64,000 nucleotides of DNA from Thermoanaerobaculia bacterium (GCA_035544735.1 DATKCD010000073.1:8546-72545), one strand, 5' to 3'. Shown: positions 48,205 through 60,428, numbered from the stretch's first letter. Program-made: numbers and translations. The notes: generated by a model from the letters alone, not told the origin.

Positions 48205-49128
48205 TCACCCCACCCAGAGGTTCTTCACGACGAACCATACGTTGGCGGGGCGCTCGGCGAGGCGGCGCACGTACCAGGGAAACCACTGCTCGCCGTAGCT
48301 GATGAGAACCCGCACCTTCGCTCCGGCGGCCGCGAGCGCGCGCTGCGCGGCCGACTCGATCCCGTACAGCATGTGAACCTCCCAGCGATCGGTCGCGCGA
48401 CTCTCGGCGTGGTTCCGGATCCGCGCGAGAAGTTCGAGATCGTGCGTCCCGAAGACCGGGAAGGCTCCCCCGTCGGCGGCGGCATCCAGCAGGCGCCGAC
48501 CGAGCTCGAAGAACGCGCGATCGGTGTCCCTCTTCTTCGGATAGGCCACCTCGTCCGGTTCCCGATACGCCCCCTTCACGAGGCGGATCGCAGGCGAGAG
48601 CGGCAGAAGCGATTCGAGGTCCGCCGGCGTCCGCCGAAGGTAGGACTGGAGGCAGAGTCCGACGTTCGGCGATGCCGCTCGGGCGGCCCGGAAGATCTCG
48701 ATCGTTCGGTCGACGTAGCCGGACTCCTCCATGTCGATCCACGCCGTCGAGCCGATCCGCCCGGCCGCCTCGGCGAGTGAAACGACGCTCTCGAGGCAGA
48801 GGTCGGGATCGAGGTCGAGCCCCAGGTGGGTGAGCTTGACCGAGACGTGGGTCGGGAGCGCGCGATCGCGAATGGCATCGACCACGCGATGGTAGTGATC
48901 GCGAACGGCGCGCGCCTGCTCGCGGCTCTCGGTCCGCTCGCCGAGGTTCGTCAGGATCGTTCCGAGTCCGGCCCGTCCGAGCTCGGCGGACGCGCCGAGT
49001 GCGGACTCGAGGTCTTCTCCCGGCATGAAGCGGCGGACCGCCCGCTGCACGAACGGCCGCCGCGGCAGGTGCTCGGCGAGCCAGCGGCTCCGGGACGCCC
49101 GGAGGAGGAGAGATCGCGCGATCGACAC
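48205..49128 (-). CDS. Proline dehydrogenase (PutA PRODH-domain family, monofunctional)
   Basis: TIM-barrel PRODH motifs (VSVKLTHLGLD, RLVKGAYREP, LYGIE). Confidence 0.8.
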   Translation of the reverse strand: MSIARSLLLRASRSRWLAEHLPRRPFVQRAVRRFMPGEDLESALGASAELGRAGLGTILTNLGERTESREQARAVRDHYHRVVDAIRDRALPTHVSVKLTHLGLDLDPDLCLESVVSLAEAAGRIGSTAWIDMEESGYVDRTIEIFRAARAASPNVGLCLQSYLRRTPADLESLLPLSPAIRLVKGAYREPDEVAYPKKRDTDRAFFELGRRLLDAAADGGAFPVFGTHDLELLARIRNHAESRATDRWEVHMLYGIESAAQRALAAAGAKVRVLISYGEQWFPWYVRRLAERPANVWFVVKNLWVG

Positions 49129-49245
49129 GGCGACATTGATACCCTTCCCGGCGCCCGGTTGTCCATCCGCGCCGAAGCCTCGATTCTCCGCCCGGATTGA
49201 GCGATGATTCGGGTTTCACTCACGGTCCATCAGAAGGAGGCCCCG

Positions 49246-49749
49246 ATGAGCGGTCACAGGAAAGAGGCATTTCTACGGACGTCCGACCGGGAGCACAAGA
49301 CGACGATGCGCGTGCTGCGCGCGTACCCACCCGACAAGCTGGACATGCGTCCGAGCGAGCGATCCAACACGGCGCGGGGACTCGCGTGGACCTTCGTCCT
49401 CGAGCGCGGCCTCGGCCGGAAGGTGTGGCACGACGGATTCGCGGACGGAGTGCCCCCGTCGAAGCCGGCTGACCCGCCCGAGTCGTGGGACGAGCTTCTC
49501 GATGCGCTCGAGAAGTCGCACGCCGAGTTCCGCGCTCTCGTCGCCGGCGCTTCCGACGACGACCTCGACGTCAAGGTGCACTTCTTCACCGCTCCGAAGA
49601 CGATGGGCGAGATCTCGAGGCACGAGTTCATCTGGTTTCTGCTCCACGACGAGATCCACCACCGCGGACAGTTCTCGGTCTACCTTCGGCTGGCGGGCGC
49701 GAAGGTTCCATCGATCTACGGCCCCTCGGCCGACGAACCGTGGATGTGA
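49246..49749 (+). CDS. DinB/YfiT-family (DinB_2) metal-dependent protein
   Basis: Four-helix-bundle DinB signature with HDEIHHRGQ near the C-terminus. Confidence 0.7.
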   Translation: MSGHRKEAFLRTSDREHKTTMRVLRAYPPDKLDMRPSERSNTARGLAWTFVLERGLGRKVWHDGFADGVPPSKPADPPESWDELLDALEKSHAEFRALVAGASDDDLDVKVHFFTAPKTMGEISRHEFIWFLLHDEIHHRGQFSVYLRLAGAKVPSIYGPSADEPWM

Positions 49750-50041
49750 GCCCGCCGGGTCGGGACGCTCCGGATGGACATCGCCTTTCAGGTCGCGCTC
49801 GTGCTTGCCGGGCTCTTCGTGCTCGACCGCCTCGCCCTCGGAGCCGAGCGGCGCGGGTGGATCTACTACCGTCGCCGGAAGGCTTCCCCGGGAACCGCCG
49901 CTGGAGCCTTTCTCGAAGCTCAATCGCTCGTCGAACCGGCGAAGAAGCACGTGGCGGAGGCACGGAGGAACGAAGAGGTCGACGAGGAGGACCTGGCAGA
50001 CCCGCCCTCGACGGGCGCATGATCGGCCGGAGGACGCATTC

Positions 50042-50713
50042 GTGTTTCTCGGACATCTGGCAATCGGCTTTGGGGCGAAGCGGCTGGCGCCACGCCTTTC
50101 TCTCGGCACGCTGATCCTCGGTTGCCAGCTCGCCGATCTGATCTGGCCGGTCCTGATCCTGATCGGGATCGAGCGGGCGGAGGTTCGGCCGGGCATCACC
50201 ACGGTGACGCCGTTGGAGTTCCTCCACTACCCCTGGTCGCACAGCCTGCTCATGCTGGTGTTCTGGGGAATCGCTCTTGGGGTCGTCTGGGCGGCGGTCC
50301 GGCGCGGCTCGGTGCGGGACGGGGCCGTCCTGGCGATCGTGGTCGTCAGCCACTGGTTTCTCGATGCGTTGACGCATCGGCCCGACCTCCCGCTCACGCC
50401 GTGGGGGGAGGTGAAGGTGGGCCTGGGACTCTGGAGCTCGTTCGCGGGCACGATCGCGGTGGAGCTGGTGCTGTTCGCGATCGGGGTCGAGATCTATCGG
50501 CGGTCGACGGTGCCGCGCGACCGGACGGGGACGTGGAGCCTGGCCGCGCTCGTCCTCTTTCTGCTCGTGGTCTTCGCTGCAAATCTGTTCGGCCCGCCGC
50601 CTCCGGAGATCGTGGCGGTCGCGTGGGTGGCGCAGGCGATCTGGCTCCTGGTGGCGTGGGGTTACTGGATCGACCGGCATCGGATGCCGCGCGACGATCT
50701 CCGGAGGGTCTGA
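50042..50713 (+). CDS. Membrane-bound metal-dependent hydrolase (DUF457 / YdjM-like)
   Basis: Four to five TM helices with conserved His/Asp (FLGHLAIG...HWFLDALTHR). GTG start. Confidence 0.6.
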   Translation: MFLGHLAIGFGAKRLAPRLSLGTLILGCQLADLIWPVLILIGIERAEVRPGITTVTPLEFLHYPWSHSLLMLVFWGIALGVVWAAVRRGSVRDGAVLAIVVVSHWFLDALTHRPDLPLTPWGEVKVGLGLWSSFAGTIAVELVLFAIGVEIYRRSTVPRDRTGTWSLAALVLFLLVVFAANLFGPPPPEIVAVAWVAQAIWLLVAWGYWIDRHRMPRDDLRRV

Positions 50714-50722
50714 CCGCGGGTC

Positions 50723-50968
50723 TCAGCGGTCGAGCTTCGTGAGCTCGTCGTCGAGGAATGCCAGGGCATTCTCGAGCGCGGCGCGGTGCGCGGGCGTCGT
50801 CGCCGTCTCGAGGTCGGTCAGGACCCGCCTTCGAGACATCGACAGGCTCGCGCGCTTCCGTTCGCGCTCCTCGACCGCGCGAGGAACGTGCCTGTTCCCG
50901 GCCTCGATCTCGCTCTGACGGTCCGCGATCTGTGATTCGACCGACTTGCTTTCCCACCCTCTTGCCAT
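50723..50968 (-). CDS. Small coiled-coil protein (81 aa), DUF2630-like
   Basis: MARGWESKSVESQIADRQSEIEAGNRHVP...ALENALAFLDDELTKLDR. GGAG RBS. It sits just downstream of the LDH-family gene on the same strand. Confidence 0.45.
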   Translation of the reverse strand: MARGWESKSVESQIADRQSEIEAGNRHVPRAVEERERKRASLSMSRRRVLTDLETATTPAHRAALENALAFLDDELTKLDR

Positions 50969-50973
50969 GAGCT

Positions 50974-51913
50974 TCACTCCGGTCCGCGGAATGCGGCGTC
51001 TCGGATCGGGGCGAGCGCCTCGCGGAGAATCTGCGCCGAGCGATCGAGCCGCGCCCGTTCGTCGGTCGACATTTCGGGTTCCAGGACTTCGGTCGCCCCC
51101 TGGCGGCCGACGATCGCGGGCAGCGAAAGAGCTACGTCGCGGATACCTGCCGCTCCCTCCTGCACCCGGGTCACGGTGAGAATGCGCCGGTCGCCTCGGA
51201 GCATCCACGCGAGCAGGGAGGCGGTCACGAGCCCGATCGCGTGGTTGGTCGCTCCCTTTCTCCGGATGATCTCGTAAGCGGCGGTCCGGACCTCGGCTGC
51301 GATCCGCTCCTCCTTCGCCGCGCTCCATCCGGTCCAGTCGCGGAGCCGCAGCCCTCCCGCCCGCGCTCCCTCCCACAGGACGACCTCCGAGTCTCCGTGC
51401 TCTCCGACGACCTGCGCGTGGACGGACCGAGGGTCGACGCCGAGCTCGCGTCCGAGCATCTGTCGGAGCCGCGCCGTGTCGAGCATAGTGCCCGTGCCGA
51501 TGACGCGGGCAGGGGGGAGCCCGGCCGCCGCCGTCATGACCGAGGTCAGCACGTCGACCGGGTTGGTGACGACGACGATGATCCCGCCGAATCCCCGCAG
51601 AGTCTCGCCGATCCGCCTCGCGGTCGCCGCGTTGTCCTTGAGCAGATCGAGACGCGTTTCGCCCGGGCGGCCGCCCCGACCCGCGGTGACGACCACGGCG
51701 TCGCAGGCGCGCATCTCGTCGAGCTCCGTGGCCCGGACCGAGGCTGGAGGATAGAACGGCGCCCCCTGCCCCAGGTCCATCGCCTCCCCTTCGGCGATCG
51801 CGCCGCGGACGTCGTGAAGCAGGAGCTCGGTCGCGATTCCGCGCTGCAGCGTGGAGATCGCGACGCTCGATCCGACCCATCCGGTCCCGACGATGCCGAC
51901 TCGGCTCACGCCT
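50974..51913 (-). CDS. L-lactate/malate dehydrogenase-family 2-hydroxyacid dehydrogenase
   Basis: Rossmann GIVGTGWVGSS and the substrate loop AGRGGRPGETRLDLL (position 102 is neither Q nor R). Catalytic VIGTGTMLDTARLR and GEHGDS. GTG start. Confidence 0.85.
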
Positions 51914-52015
51914 CGGGAGGGTGGCACGACTCGTACGCGGTCGGCAACCCGGGGGCGGGCACCGGGAGGGGAGTTCCCCCGCCCGCCCGGAGAGCGGGCG
52001 GTACAATCGGGCGGA

Positions 52016-53719
52016 ATGGTCGAAGCGGGCCGGGAGCGCACGGCGGAGGGGGCGGAGCGGCGGGAGCTGGCGATCGAATCGCTTCTGATCGTTTTCCTTT
52101 TCGCGCTTCTGGTGCTCACCGTCGATCCCCGCGGAGACTTTCCCCTCGACGACGACTGGAACTTCGCGCTCGGGACGTGGTGGTTCGCCGAGCATGGAGA
52201 GTTCCGTTTCGCACGCTTCACGGGGATGAGTCTTCGGGCGCAGGTGGTGTGGGGTGCGGTCTGGACGCGGTGGTTCGGCGAGAGCTTCGAGGTGCTGCGC
52301 GCGTCGACGCTCGTCCTGGCGCTAGGAAGCCTGCTCGTGTTCCACCGCTTCTGCGCACGTGCCGGCGTCGGCTCGTTTTCGCGGCGAATCGCGGTCGTGG
52401 CACTCATGGCACATCCGATCTTTGTCTGGTCGTCGTTCACGTACATGACGCAGATCCCGTTTCTCGCGTGCACGGTGGCGGCCGTGTACTGCTGGGCCAG
52501 GGGTGCCGGGGATCGCGCGATCGGGTGGTTCGCGGCCGGCTCGGCCGCGCTGATCGCGTCCTATTTCGTGCGCCAGAGCGGCATTGCGACGATCGCCGCG
52601 GGTGCGGCGGCGCTGGCGGTCGTCTGGAGCGGCTCCGGACGGCGGTTCCGCGCCGCGGCGACGGCGCTACTCGCGATTCCGGGAGCTCTGTTTCTCGTCA
52701 TGATCGTCGGAACCGATCTGCTGCACGGGCGGCCGGAGGAGTTCGCGCTCCGTTTCGGACTTCTCGATCTTCCGCCGGCGCGCGCCGCCGCGGCACTCGC
52801 TGCCCAGATCGCCAGAAACTTCGCATTCGAGATGCAGTACGCCGTGCTCTCGCTGCTCGGGGTCGCCCTGGCCGCGTCGCTGGCGAGACTCGATCGCCGG
52901 GAGCTCGCGGGCGCCCTGCTGCTGGCGATCCCGATCGCCTGGGGTGCTTCGGAGCTCTCGGCGCTTCGGGGTCCGCTCCCGTACGACATTCACGGGAACG
53001 TCATCGTCGGAACCGGTTTCGGGCCGCTCACGCTCCGCGACACCTGGATCTTCGGATATCCCGGACCGCGAGAGATCGCCACTGTGATTCGGTGGCTGCT
53101 CACCATCGGCGGCGCCGCGCTGGCGTCGGTGTGCCTGAGCCGCATCGCGATCGAAGGATGGCGCCTCGCTCGCGAGAGAGGGAATCCGGGCGTGGCCGTC
53201 GCCGCCGCGGCGGGCACTCTGGCGGGCGGCACCGCCATTCTCTTCACGACCGACATCTTCTTCGACCGATACGCCCTCGATGCGGCCTGGTCTCTGGCGT
53301 TTCTCCTTCCCGCGGTCACGGCGTGGACCGGATGGAGAAAGGTGATCGCGATCGGCGCGACGCTCCTCGTCTTCGTCTTCTCGGCCGTGGGGACTTCCGA
53401 CTATCTCGCATGGAATCGAGCGAGGTGGGAAGGGTTCGGCTGGCTTCGGGCGAGGGGAGTGCCGCTCGAGCGGATGGACGGAGGATACGAGATCAACCAG
53501 TATCTGATCGGCGGGTTCGACGGGCCGGCCTTCCTGCGAAAGCCGCAGTTCTCGGTGGTCGACGACGAGTGGATTCTTTCGTTCAACGAAGTGGCCGGGT
53601 ACCGAACCGTCGCCCGCGTCGAGTACGAACGATGGTCGGGAGCGGGCACGATTCACGTTCAGCGCCGGACGGAAGGGTTTCGCCCGGGGCTCGCTCGCGG
53701 GGAGGGGGAGATCCCGTGA
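52016..53719 (+). CDS. GT-C-fold membrane glycosyltransferase-like protein, paralog 1 (ArnT/PMT-like topology)
   Basis: TM1 is followed by a loop carrying DPRGDFPLDDDWNFA (acidic DD/DxD motif in the first periplasmic loop). About 11 TM helices, then a ~130-aa C-terminal soluble domain (ERMDGGYEINQYLIGGFDG...). Confidence 0.55.
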   Translation: MVEAGRERTAEGAERRELAIESLLIVFLFALLVLTVDPRGDFPLDDDWNFALGTWWFAEHGEFRFARFTGMSLRAQVVWGAVWTRWFGESFEVLRASTLVLALGSLLVFHRFCARAGVGSFSRRIAVVALMAHPIFVWSSFTYMTQIPFLACTVAAVYCWARGAGDRAIGWFAAGSAALIASYFVRQSGIATIAAGAAALAVVWSGSGRRFRAAATALLAIPGALFLVMIVGTDLLHGRPEEFALRFGLLDLPPARAAAALAAQIARNFAFEMQYAVLSLLGVALAASLARLDRRELAGALLLAIPIAWGASELSALRGPLPYDIHGNVIVGTGFGPLTLRDTWIFGYPGPREIATVIRWLLTIGGAALASVCLSRIAIEGWRLARERGNPGVAVAAAAGTLAGGTAILFTTDIFFDRYALDAAWSLAFLLPAVTAWTGWRKVIAIGATLLVFVFSAVGTSDYLAWNRARWEGFGWLRARGVPLERMDGGYEINQYLIGGFDGPAFLRKPQFSVVDDEWILSFNEVAGYRTVARVEYERWSGAGTIHVQRRTEGFRPGLARGEGEIP

Positions 53720-55374
53720 GCGTCGCCGACGATCGGATCGTGACGCCCTCCCGGCGCTCGCTCCCGGGCGGCCTCGCGCTTCTCGCCCTGTTCGCCGGAT
53801 CCGTCGCTCTCGTCCGGCCCTACGGCAACTTTCCACTCAACGACGACTGGAACTTCGCGATGGCCGCCTGGCACTTCGCCGAGAATCTCGAGTTCCGCTT
53901 CTCCCGACTGACGGGGATGTCGCTGAAGCTGCAGGTCCTCTGGGGGGCACTCTGGACCTGGCTGTTCGGCAGATCGTTCGAGGTGCTCCGGGCCTCGACG
54001 CTGTTTCTCTCCGCCGCCACGCTCCTTCTCTTCTGGAAGTGGACCGGCGAGCTCGGATGGCGCGGACCGGTCAGGATGCTGATCGCCGCCTCCCTGCTCG
54101 CGAACCCGATCTTCTTCTGGTCTTCCATGACGTTCATGACGCAGGTCCCGTTTCTGTTCTGTTCGATGCTCGGTTTGTACTCGACCTGGAAGGCGTACCG
54201 GGAGGAAAAGATCGGATGGGGAGTCGCTGCGGCAGTGGCGGTGCTCGCCGCAGCGCTGATCCGGCAGACCGGAATCGCCGTCGCCCTCCCGGGGCTGTTG
54301 TTGCCGTGGCTCGACCGTCGGGAAGGCGCGAACAGACGCCTCTCGCTTCCATTCGCCGCGGCCTGCGTTCTGTTCGCGGCGCTCTACGCGGGGACCGATC
54401 TGTTCGACGGATATCCCGGCCAGATCGCCGTTCACTACGAAGCCTACCGAGGCGAGCGCGGCTGGATCCAGGCGCTGATCGTTCCGTTTCACCATTTCGG
54501 GACGAACGTGCAGTACGGCGCTCTGTTCGCGCTCCCGCTGACGGCCGGCCTGCTGCTCACGCGGATGCGGCCCGACCGGCGGTGGGTGGCCGTGTCGCTG
54601 CTGCTCTCCTCGGTGCCGGTCGCCGTCGGTTCCTGGCAGATCGCGAGGGGAAACCCCTTTCCCTACGGAACCGGGGGATCCATTCTTCAGAACATCGGGC
54701 TCGGGGTGATGACGCTCCGCGACGTCTATTTTCTCGGCTACGACTACCCGACTCACCTCGGCCGGTTCGGCTCGATCGTGGCGACGGCACTGGCAGTCCT
54801 GGCGGGCGCGTTTCTGCTCGGCAGAGCCGTCCGGGGATGGTTCGAGAGTGCGACGGCTCCGCTCGGCGCGGCTCTGGCGGTCCGGCTCGGCCTCCTCCAC
54901 TCGGCGGCGGCCACCGCCATCCTGATCCCTTCGGCGATCTATTTCGACCGTTATGCCCTCGACTCGCTCTGGTGCATTCCGTTGTGGGCTCCGTTTCTGA
55001 TCCGGTGGAGCCGCCCGGTACGTGTCGCCGTCGCCGCCGTGCTGGTGCTGCTGCTCGGATTCTCGATCGCAGCGACTCGGGAGTACTTCGCCTGGAATCG
55101 GGCTCGCTGGGAGGCGTTCGGCTGGCTCACCGACCGAGGGGTGACTCTGCGTGAGATGGATGGGGGGTACGAGATCAACCAGTATCTTCTCGGAGGGTGG
55201 GACGGTCCGGAGCGGCTGGACAAGCGCGGGTTTTCGGTCGTCGACGACGAGTACGTGATCGCCTTCAACCGGGAGGTGAGAGGCTACGAGGCGATCCACT
55301 CGATTCCGTATCGGGGGTGGATCAGCGGAGCAGGAGCGATCCACGTTCTGCAGCGGCGGGAGGTGGATCGGTGA
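53716..55374 (+). CDS. GT-C-fold membrane glycosyltransferase-like protein, paralog 2
   Basis: GTG overlaps the paralog-1 stop (GTGA). RPYGNFPLNDDWNFAMAAWHFAENLEFRFSRLTGMSLKLQVLWGALWT is collinear with paralog 1. Same C-terminal domain (EMDGGYEINQYLLGGWDG). Confidence 0.55.
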   Translation: MSVADDRIVTPSRRSLPGGLALLALFAGSVALVRPYGNFPLNDDWNFAMAAWHFAENLEFRFSRLTGMSLKLQVLWGALWTWLFGRSFEVLRASTLFLSAATLLLFWKWTGELGWRGPVRMLIAASLLANPIFFWSSMTFMTQVPFLFCSMLGLYSTWKAYREEKIGWGVAAAVAVLAAALIRQTGIAVALPGLLLPWLDRREGANRRLSLPFAAACVLFAALYAGTDLFDGYPGQIAVHYEAYRGERGWIQALIVPFHHFGTNVQYGALFALPLTAGLLLTRMRPDRRWVAVSLLLSSVPVAVGSWQIARGNPFPYGTGGSILQNIGLGVMTLRDVYFLGYDYPTHLGRFGSIVATALAVLAGAFLLGRAVRGWFESATAPLGAALAVRLGLLHSAAATAILIPSAIYFDRYALDSLWCIPLWAPFLIRWSRPVRVAVAAVLVLLLGFSIAATREYFAWNRARWEAFGWLTDRGVTLREMDGGYEINQYLLGGWDGPERLDKRGFSVVDDEYVIAFNREVRGYEAIHSIPYRGWISGAGAIHVLQRREVDR

Positions 55375-56990
55375 GCGCCGGATCGATCTCCGGCGGCACG
55401 TTCCGGCGATGGGGAGCGGAGGCGGTCGCGGCGGCGTCGCTCGTCGGGTTCGGATTCGCCTTCCATCGTTCCGCTCTCGAGGGATGGTGGCTCTTCGACG
55501 ATCCGCAGATCGTCGCGCACGCGAGGCAGTTTCCCTGGTACGAGATCATGTTCCTTCCTTCGGCGTGGCGCTGGCTCTCCACCTCCAACTTCACGCCGCT
55601 GGTCACGCTCTCGTTCGAGCTCGACCTGATGCTCGGCGGGCTCGATCCCCGGGTTTATTACGCGCACCAGCTTTCGAGCGCCCTGGCGGCCGGACTCGCG
55701 CTCCATGCCTTCCTTCGCGCACTCCGCGTTCCCGTGGCGAGCTCGGCGATGCTCGCCGCCGCCTTTCTGGCCTCGCCGCCGATGGTCGAGTGCGTCCGCT
55801 CGCTGATGACCCGGCACTATCTGGAAGGATCGCTGCTCTTTCTCGTCGCCGCGAATCTCTGGGTTCGGGCTCGCACGCGAGCCGGACTGACGGCCGCGTC
55901 GGCGCTCGCGCTGCTGGCCATGCTCGCAAAGGAGCTCTTCGTCCCCTGTTTTCTCGGCTTGCTCCTGATCGATCGGTTCCGGCGCCTCCCCCGGCGGGAG
56001 ATGGCCGAACGGGCGCTCGCGGTGGCCGCGGTCGTGACCCTCTACACCGCCTGGCGATTCCTCGCCCTCGGCGGGTTCGGCGGCTATGGTCCGGGGCTTC
56101 GGACGGGGTCGCTCCCTACGCCTCTCGATCTGATCTCGATCTTCGCCGGGGAGCCGGACGCGCCGTGGTGGGCGCTCTGGCTGGCGGCCCTTTCGTTCGT
56201 CGTCTTCCGGAGCCGGTTGCGGCCTCGGGCGGCGTGGTCGGCGGCGGGGGCGATCCTGCTGCTCGGCCTGGTTCCCATTCTGCCCGTTCTTCGCTTCCCC
56301 TTTCCGCGCTACTTCTACGTTCTCGGCCTGATGATCGTGGTTCTTTTCGGGCTGGCGCACCCGCTTCTCGGCAGAAGGGGGGGGCTGCTCGTTCCGCTGG
56401 CACTGCTGGTGAGCTCGGCCGGCGCGGGGCTGCAGGCGGCCCGGGGGGCCGAGCTCGAGGCGGCGGCCTGGGAGCGGGAGGGGCGATGGATGCTGGAGGG
56501 TCCCCCCGCCCCCACGCTGTTCGAGAGCGCCCACACTCTCTACCTCGACGGGCTTCGTCATCTCTATCTCGGACCGGGGAGTGAGCCGGCGCATCCGGTG
56601 GCCCTCTCGACCGTGGTGGTGCAGCCGGAATGGCCCGAGATGGTGAGATTCCGGCATGGAAGGATGGTGAAGCCGACCGAGCACGAGCGCGTGTCGCCCC
56701 TCGATCCCTCGCGCTCGGGTCTGGTGCTCGCGAACCGGGGGGGGCGCTACGCCTGGTCGCTCTGGCCGAGGGGAGGAGACTGGAGGTACGTCGCGTCGCC
56801 GTTCGGGGAGGCGTTCGCCGTGGAAGCGGAGGGCTCGCTGCGGGCGCCGACGAGCCTCTGGCCGCCGACGCGGGAGGGGGAGGGGTGGTTCCGGTTCGCC
56901 CGGCGAGTCGAGCGGGGGTGGATCGTGAGTCCGCGCCTCCCTTTGCCGCAGCGGGGCGAAGCGGTTCGGTGGGGAACGATACCGGAATAA
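55371..56990 (+). CDS. GT-C-fold membrane glycosyltransferase-like protein, divergent paralog 3
   Basis: GTG overlaps the paralog-2 stop. The first loop has EGWWLFDDPQIVAHA. Polytopic, with a different C-terminal soluble domain. Confidence 0.5.
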   Translation: MSAGSISGGTFRRWGAEAVAAASLVGFGFAFHRSALEGWWLFDDPQIVAHARQFPWYEIMFLPSAWRWLSTSNFTPLVTLSFELDLMLGGLDPRVYYAHQLSSALAAGLALHAFLRALRVPVASSAMLAAAFLASPPMVECVRSLMTRHYLEGSLLFLVAANLWVRARTRAGLTAASALALLAMLAKELFVPCFLGLLLIDRFRRLPRREMAERALAVAAVVTLYTAWRFLALGGFGGYGPGLRTGSLPTPLDLISIFAGEPDAPWWALWLAALSFVVFRSRLRPRAAWSAAGAILLLGLVPILPVLRFPFPRYFYVLGLMIVVLFGLAHPLLGRRGGLLVPLALLVSSAGAGLQAARGAELEAAAWEREGRWMLEGPPAPTLFESAHTLYLDGLRHLYLGPGSEPAHPVALSTVVVQPEWPEMVRFRHGRMVKPTEHERVSPLDPSRSGLVLANRGGRYAWSLWPRGGDWRYVASPFGEAFAVEAEGSLRAPTSLWPPTREGEGWFRFARRVERGWIVSPRLPLPQRGEAVRWGTIPE

Positions 56991-57025
56991 GGGTCTGAGG
57001 CACCCTGTTACTGGCCCGAGCAGGC

Positions 57026-57060
57026 TTGACAAGAGCTGGGCGCGGGGATATTTTGCGCCG
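57026..57060 (+). promoter_or_regulatory. Sigma-70-type promoter of the str operon
   Basis: TTGACA (57026-57031), a 17-nt spacer, then TATTTT. It is ~95 nt upstream of rpsL. Confidence 0.4.
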
Positions 57061-57154
57061 GTTTTCCCTGCGGTCCGGACATTCCTAAGTTTCAGAGCCA
57101 CAGGATTTTCGCGGCCTCGAGGGGGGCTGGGACAGAACGAAGTTCGAGGAACGA

Positions 57155-57529
57155 ATGCCAACGATCAACCAACTGGTGGCGAGCGGTCGCGCGGCGCTCA
57201 AGACGAAGACCAAGTCGCCGGCCCTCCAGTCGTCCCCGCAGCGTCGGGGCGTCTGCACTCGCGTATACACGACGACCCCGAAGAAGCCGAACTCGGCGCT
57301 CAGGAAGGTCGCGCGCGTGCGCCTGACCAACGGGATCGAGGTCACGACTTACATTCCGGGCGTGGGACACAATCTTCAGGAGCACTCGATCGTGCTGATC
57401 CGCGGCGGCCGCGTGAAGGATCTTCCCGGCGTGCGGTATCACGTGATCCGCGGGACGCTCGATTCGGTCGGCGTCGCGAACCGCAAGCAGGGGCGCTCGA
57501 AATACGGCGCCAAGCGGGCGAAATCGTAA
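57155..57529 (+). CDS. rpsL: 30S ribosomal protein S12
   Basis: MPTINQLV...[11 protein letters not shown]... Confidence 0.95.
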   Translation: MPTINQLVASGRAALKTKTKSPALQSSPQRRGVCTRVYTTTPKKPNSALRKVARVRLTNGIEVTTYIPGVGHNLQEHSIVLIRGGRVKDLPGVRYHVIRGTLDSVGVANRKQGRSKYGAKRAKS

Positions 57530-57544
57530 GACTGGAACGGAGCG

Positions 57545-58015
57545 ATGCCGAGACGACGAGAGATTCCGAAGCGCGAGGTCCTTCCGGACCCGATCTACAA
57601 CAGCCAGCTGGTGACCAAGTTCATCAACTCGCTGATGTCGGGCGGGAAGAAGTCGACCGCGGAAAGCATTTTCTACGGAGCCATGAAGACGGTGGAGGAT
57701 CGGGCGAAGGACGATCCTCTCAAGGTCTTCAAGAAGGCGGTCGACAACGTCAAGCCGGCGCTCGAGGTCAAGAGCCGGCGGGTCGGGGGATCGAACTACC
57801 AGGTGCCGGTCGAGGTTCGCCCCTCGCGGCGGAATTCCCTGGCGATCCGGTGGCTGATCACGTTCGCGACCTCCCGAGGCGAGAAGACGATGGAAGACAG
57901 GCTCGCCGGCGAGATTCTCGACGCCGCGAACAATCGCGGCAACGCCATCAAGAAGCGTGAGGACACGCACCGGATGGCGGAAGCGAACAAGGCGTTCGCG
58001 CATTATCGGTGGTGA
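57545..58015 (+). CDS. rpsG: 30S ribosomal protein S7
   Basis: [20 protein letters not shown]... Confidence 0.95.
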   Translation: MPRRREIPKREVLPDPIYNSQLVTKFINSLMSGGKKSTAESIFYGAMKTVEDRAKDDPLKVFKKAVDNVKPALEVKSRRVGGSNYQVPVEVRPSRRNSLAIRWLITFATSRGEKTMEDRLAGEILDAANNRGNAIKKREDTHRMAEANKAFAHYRW

Positions 58016-58349
58016 TTTTCGGAGGCTGCGGAGCGAGGGCACGGTCGGCCCTTCCGCAGCCGGGTCAGGAAGCAGGCCGGATTCAGCGTTTTTTCTGCGT
58101 TCGGCGGTAACTCCCCCCGTAGCTCCGTCTCGACCGGATAACACAGGGCATCGGCCCTGAGGTTCCGGACCGAGCAACGGGAATCGTAAAACCGAATTCG
58201 ACGACGCCGGGCGGGCGGCTGCTGCCGCCGGTCCGACGTGAGCGATCCGGCGTGCCGCATCCGGCGCATCGTTTCGTTCGAGCGAGCTGGTCGTGGCCGG
58301 AGTGCCTCCCGGATGGAGGCATCGTTCCGGTGAATGGTCCGAGGACAGA

Positions 58350-60428
<2,079 letters not shown>

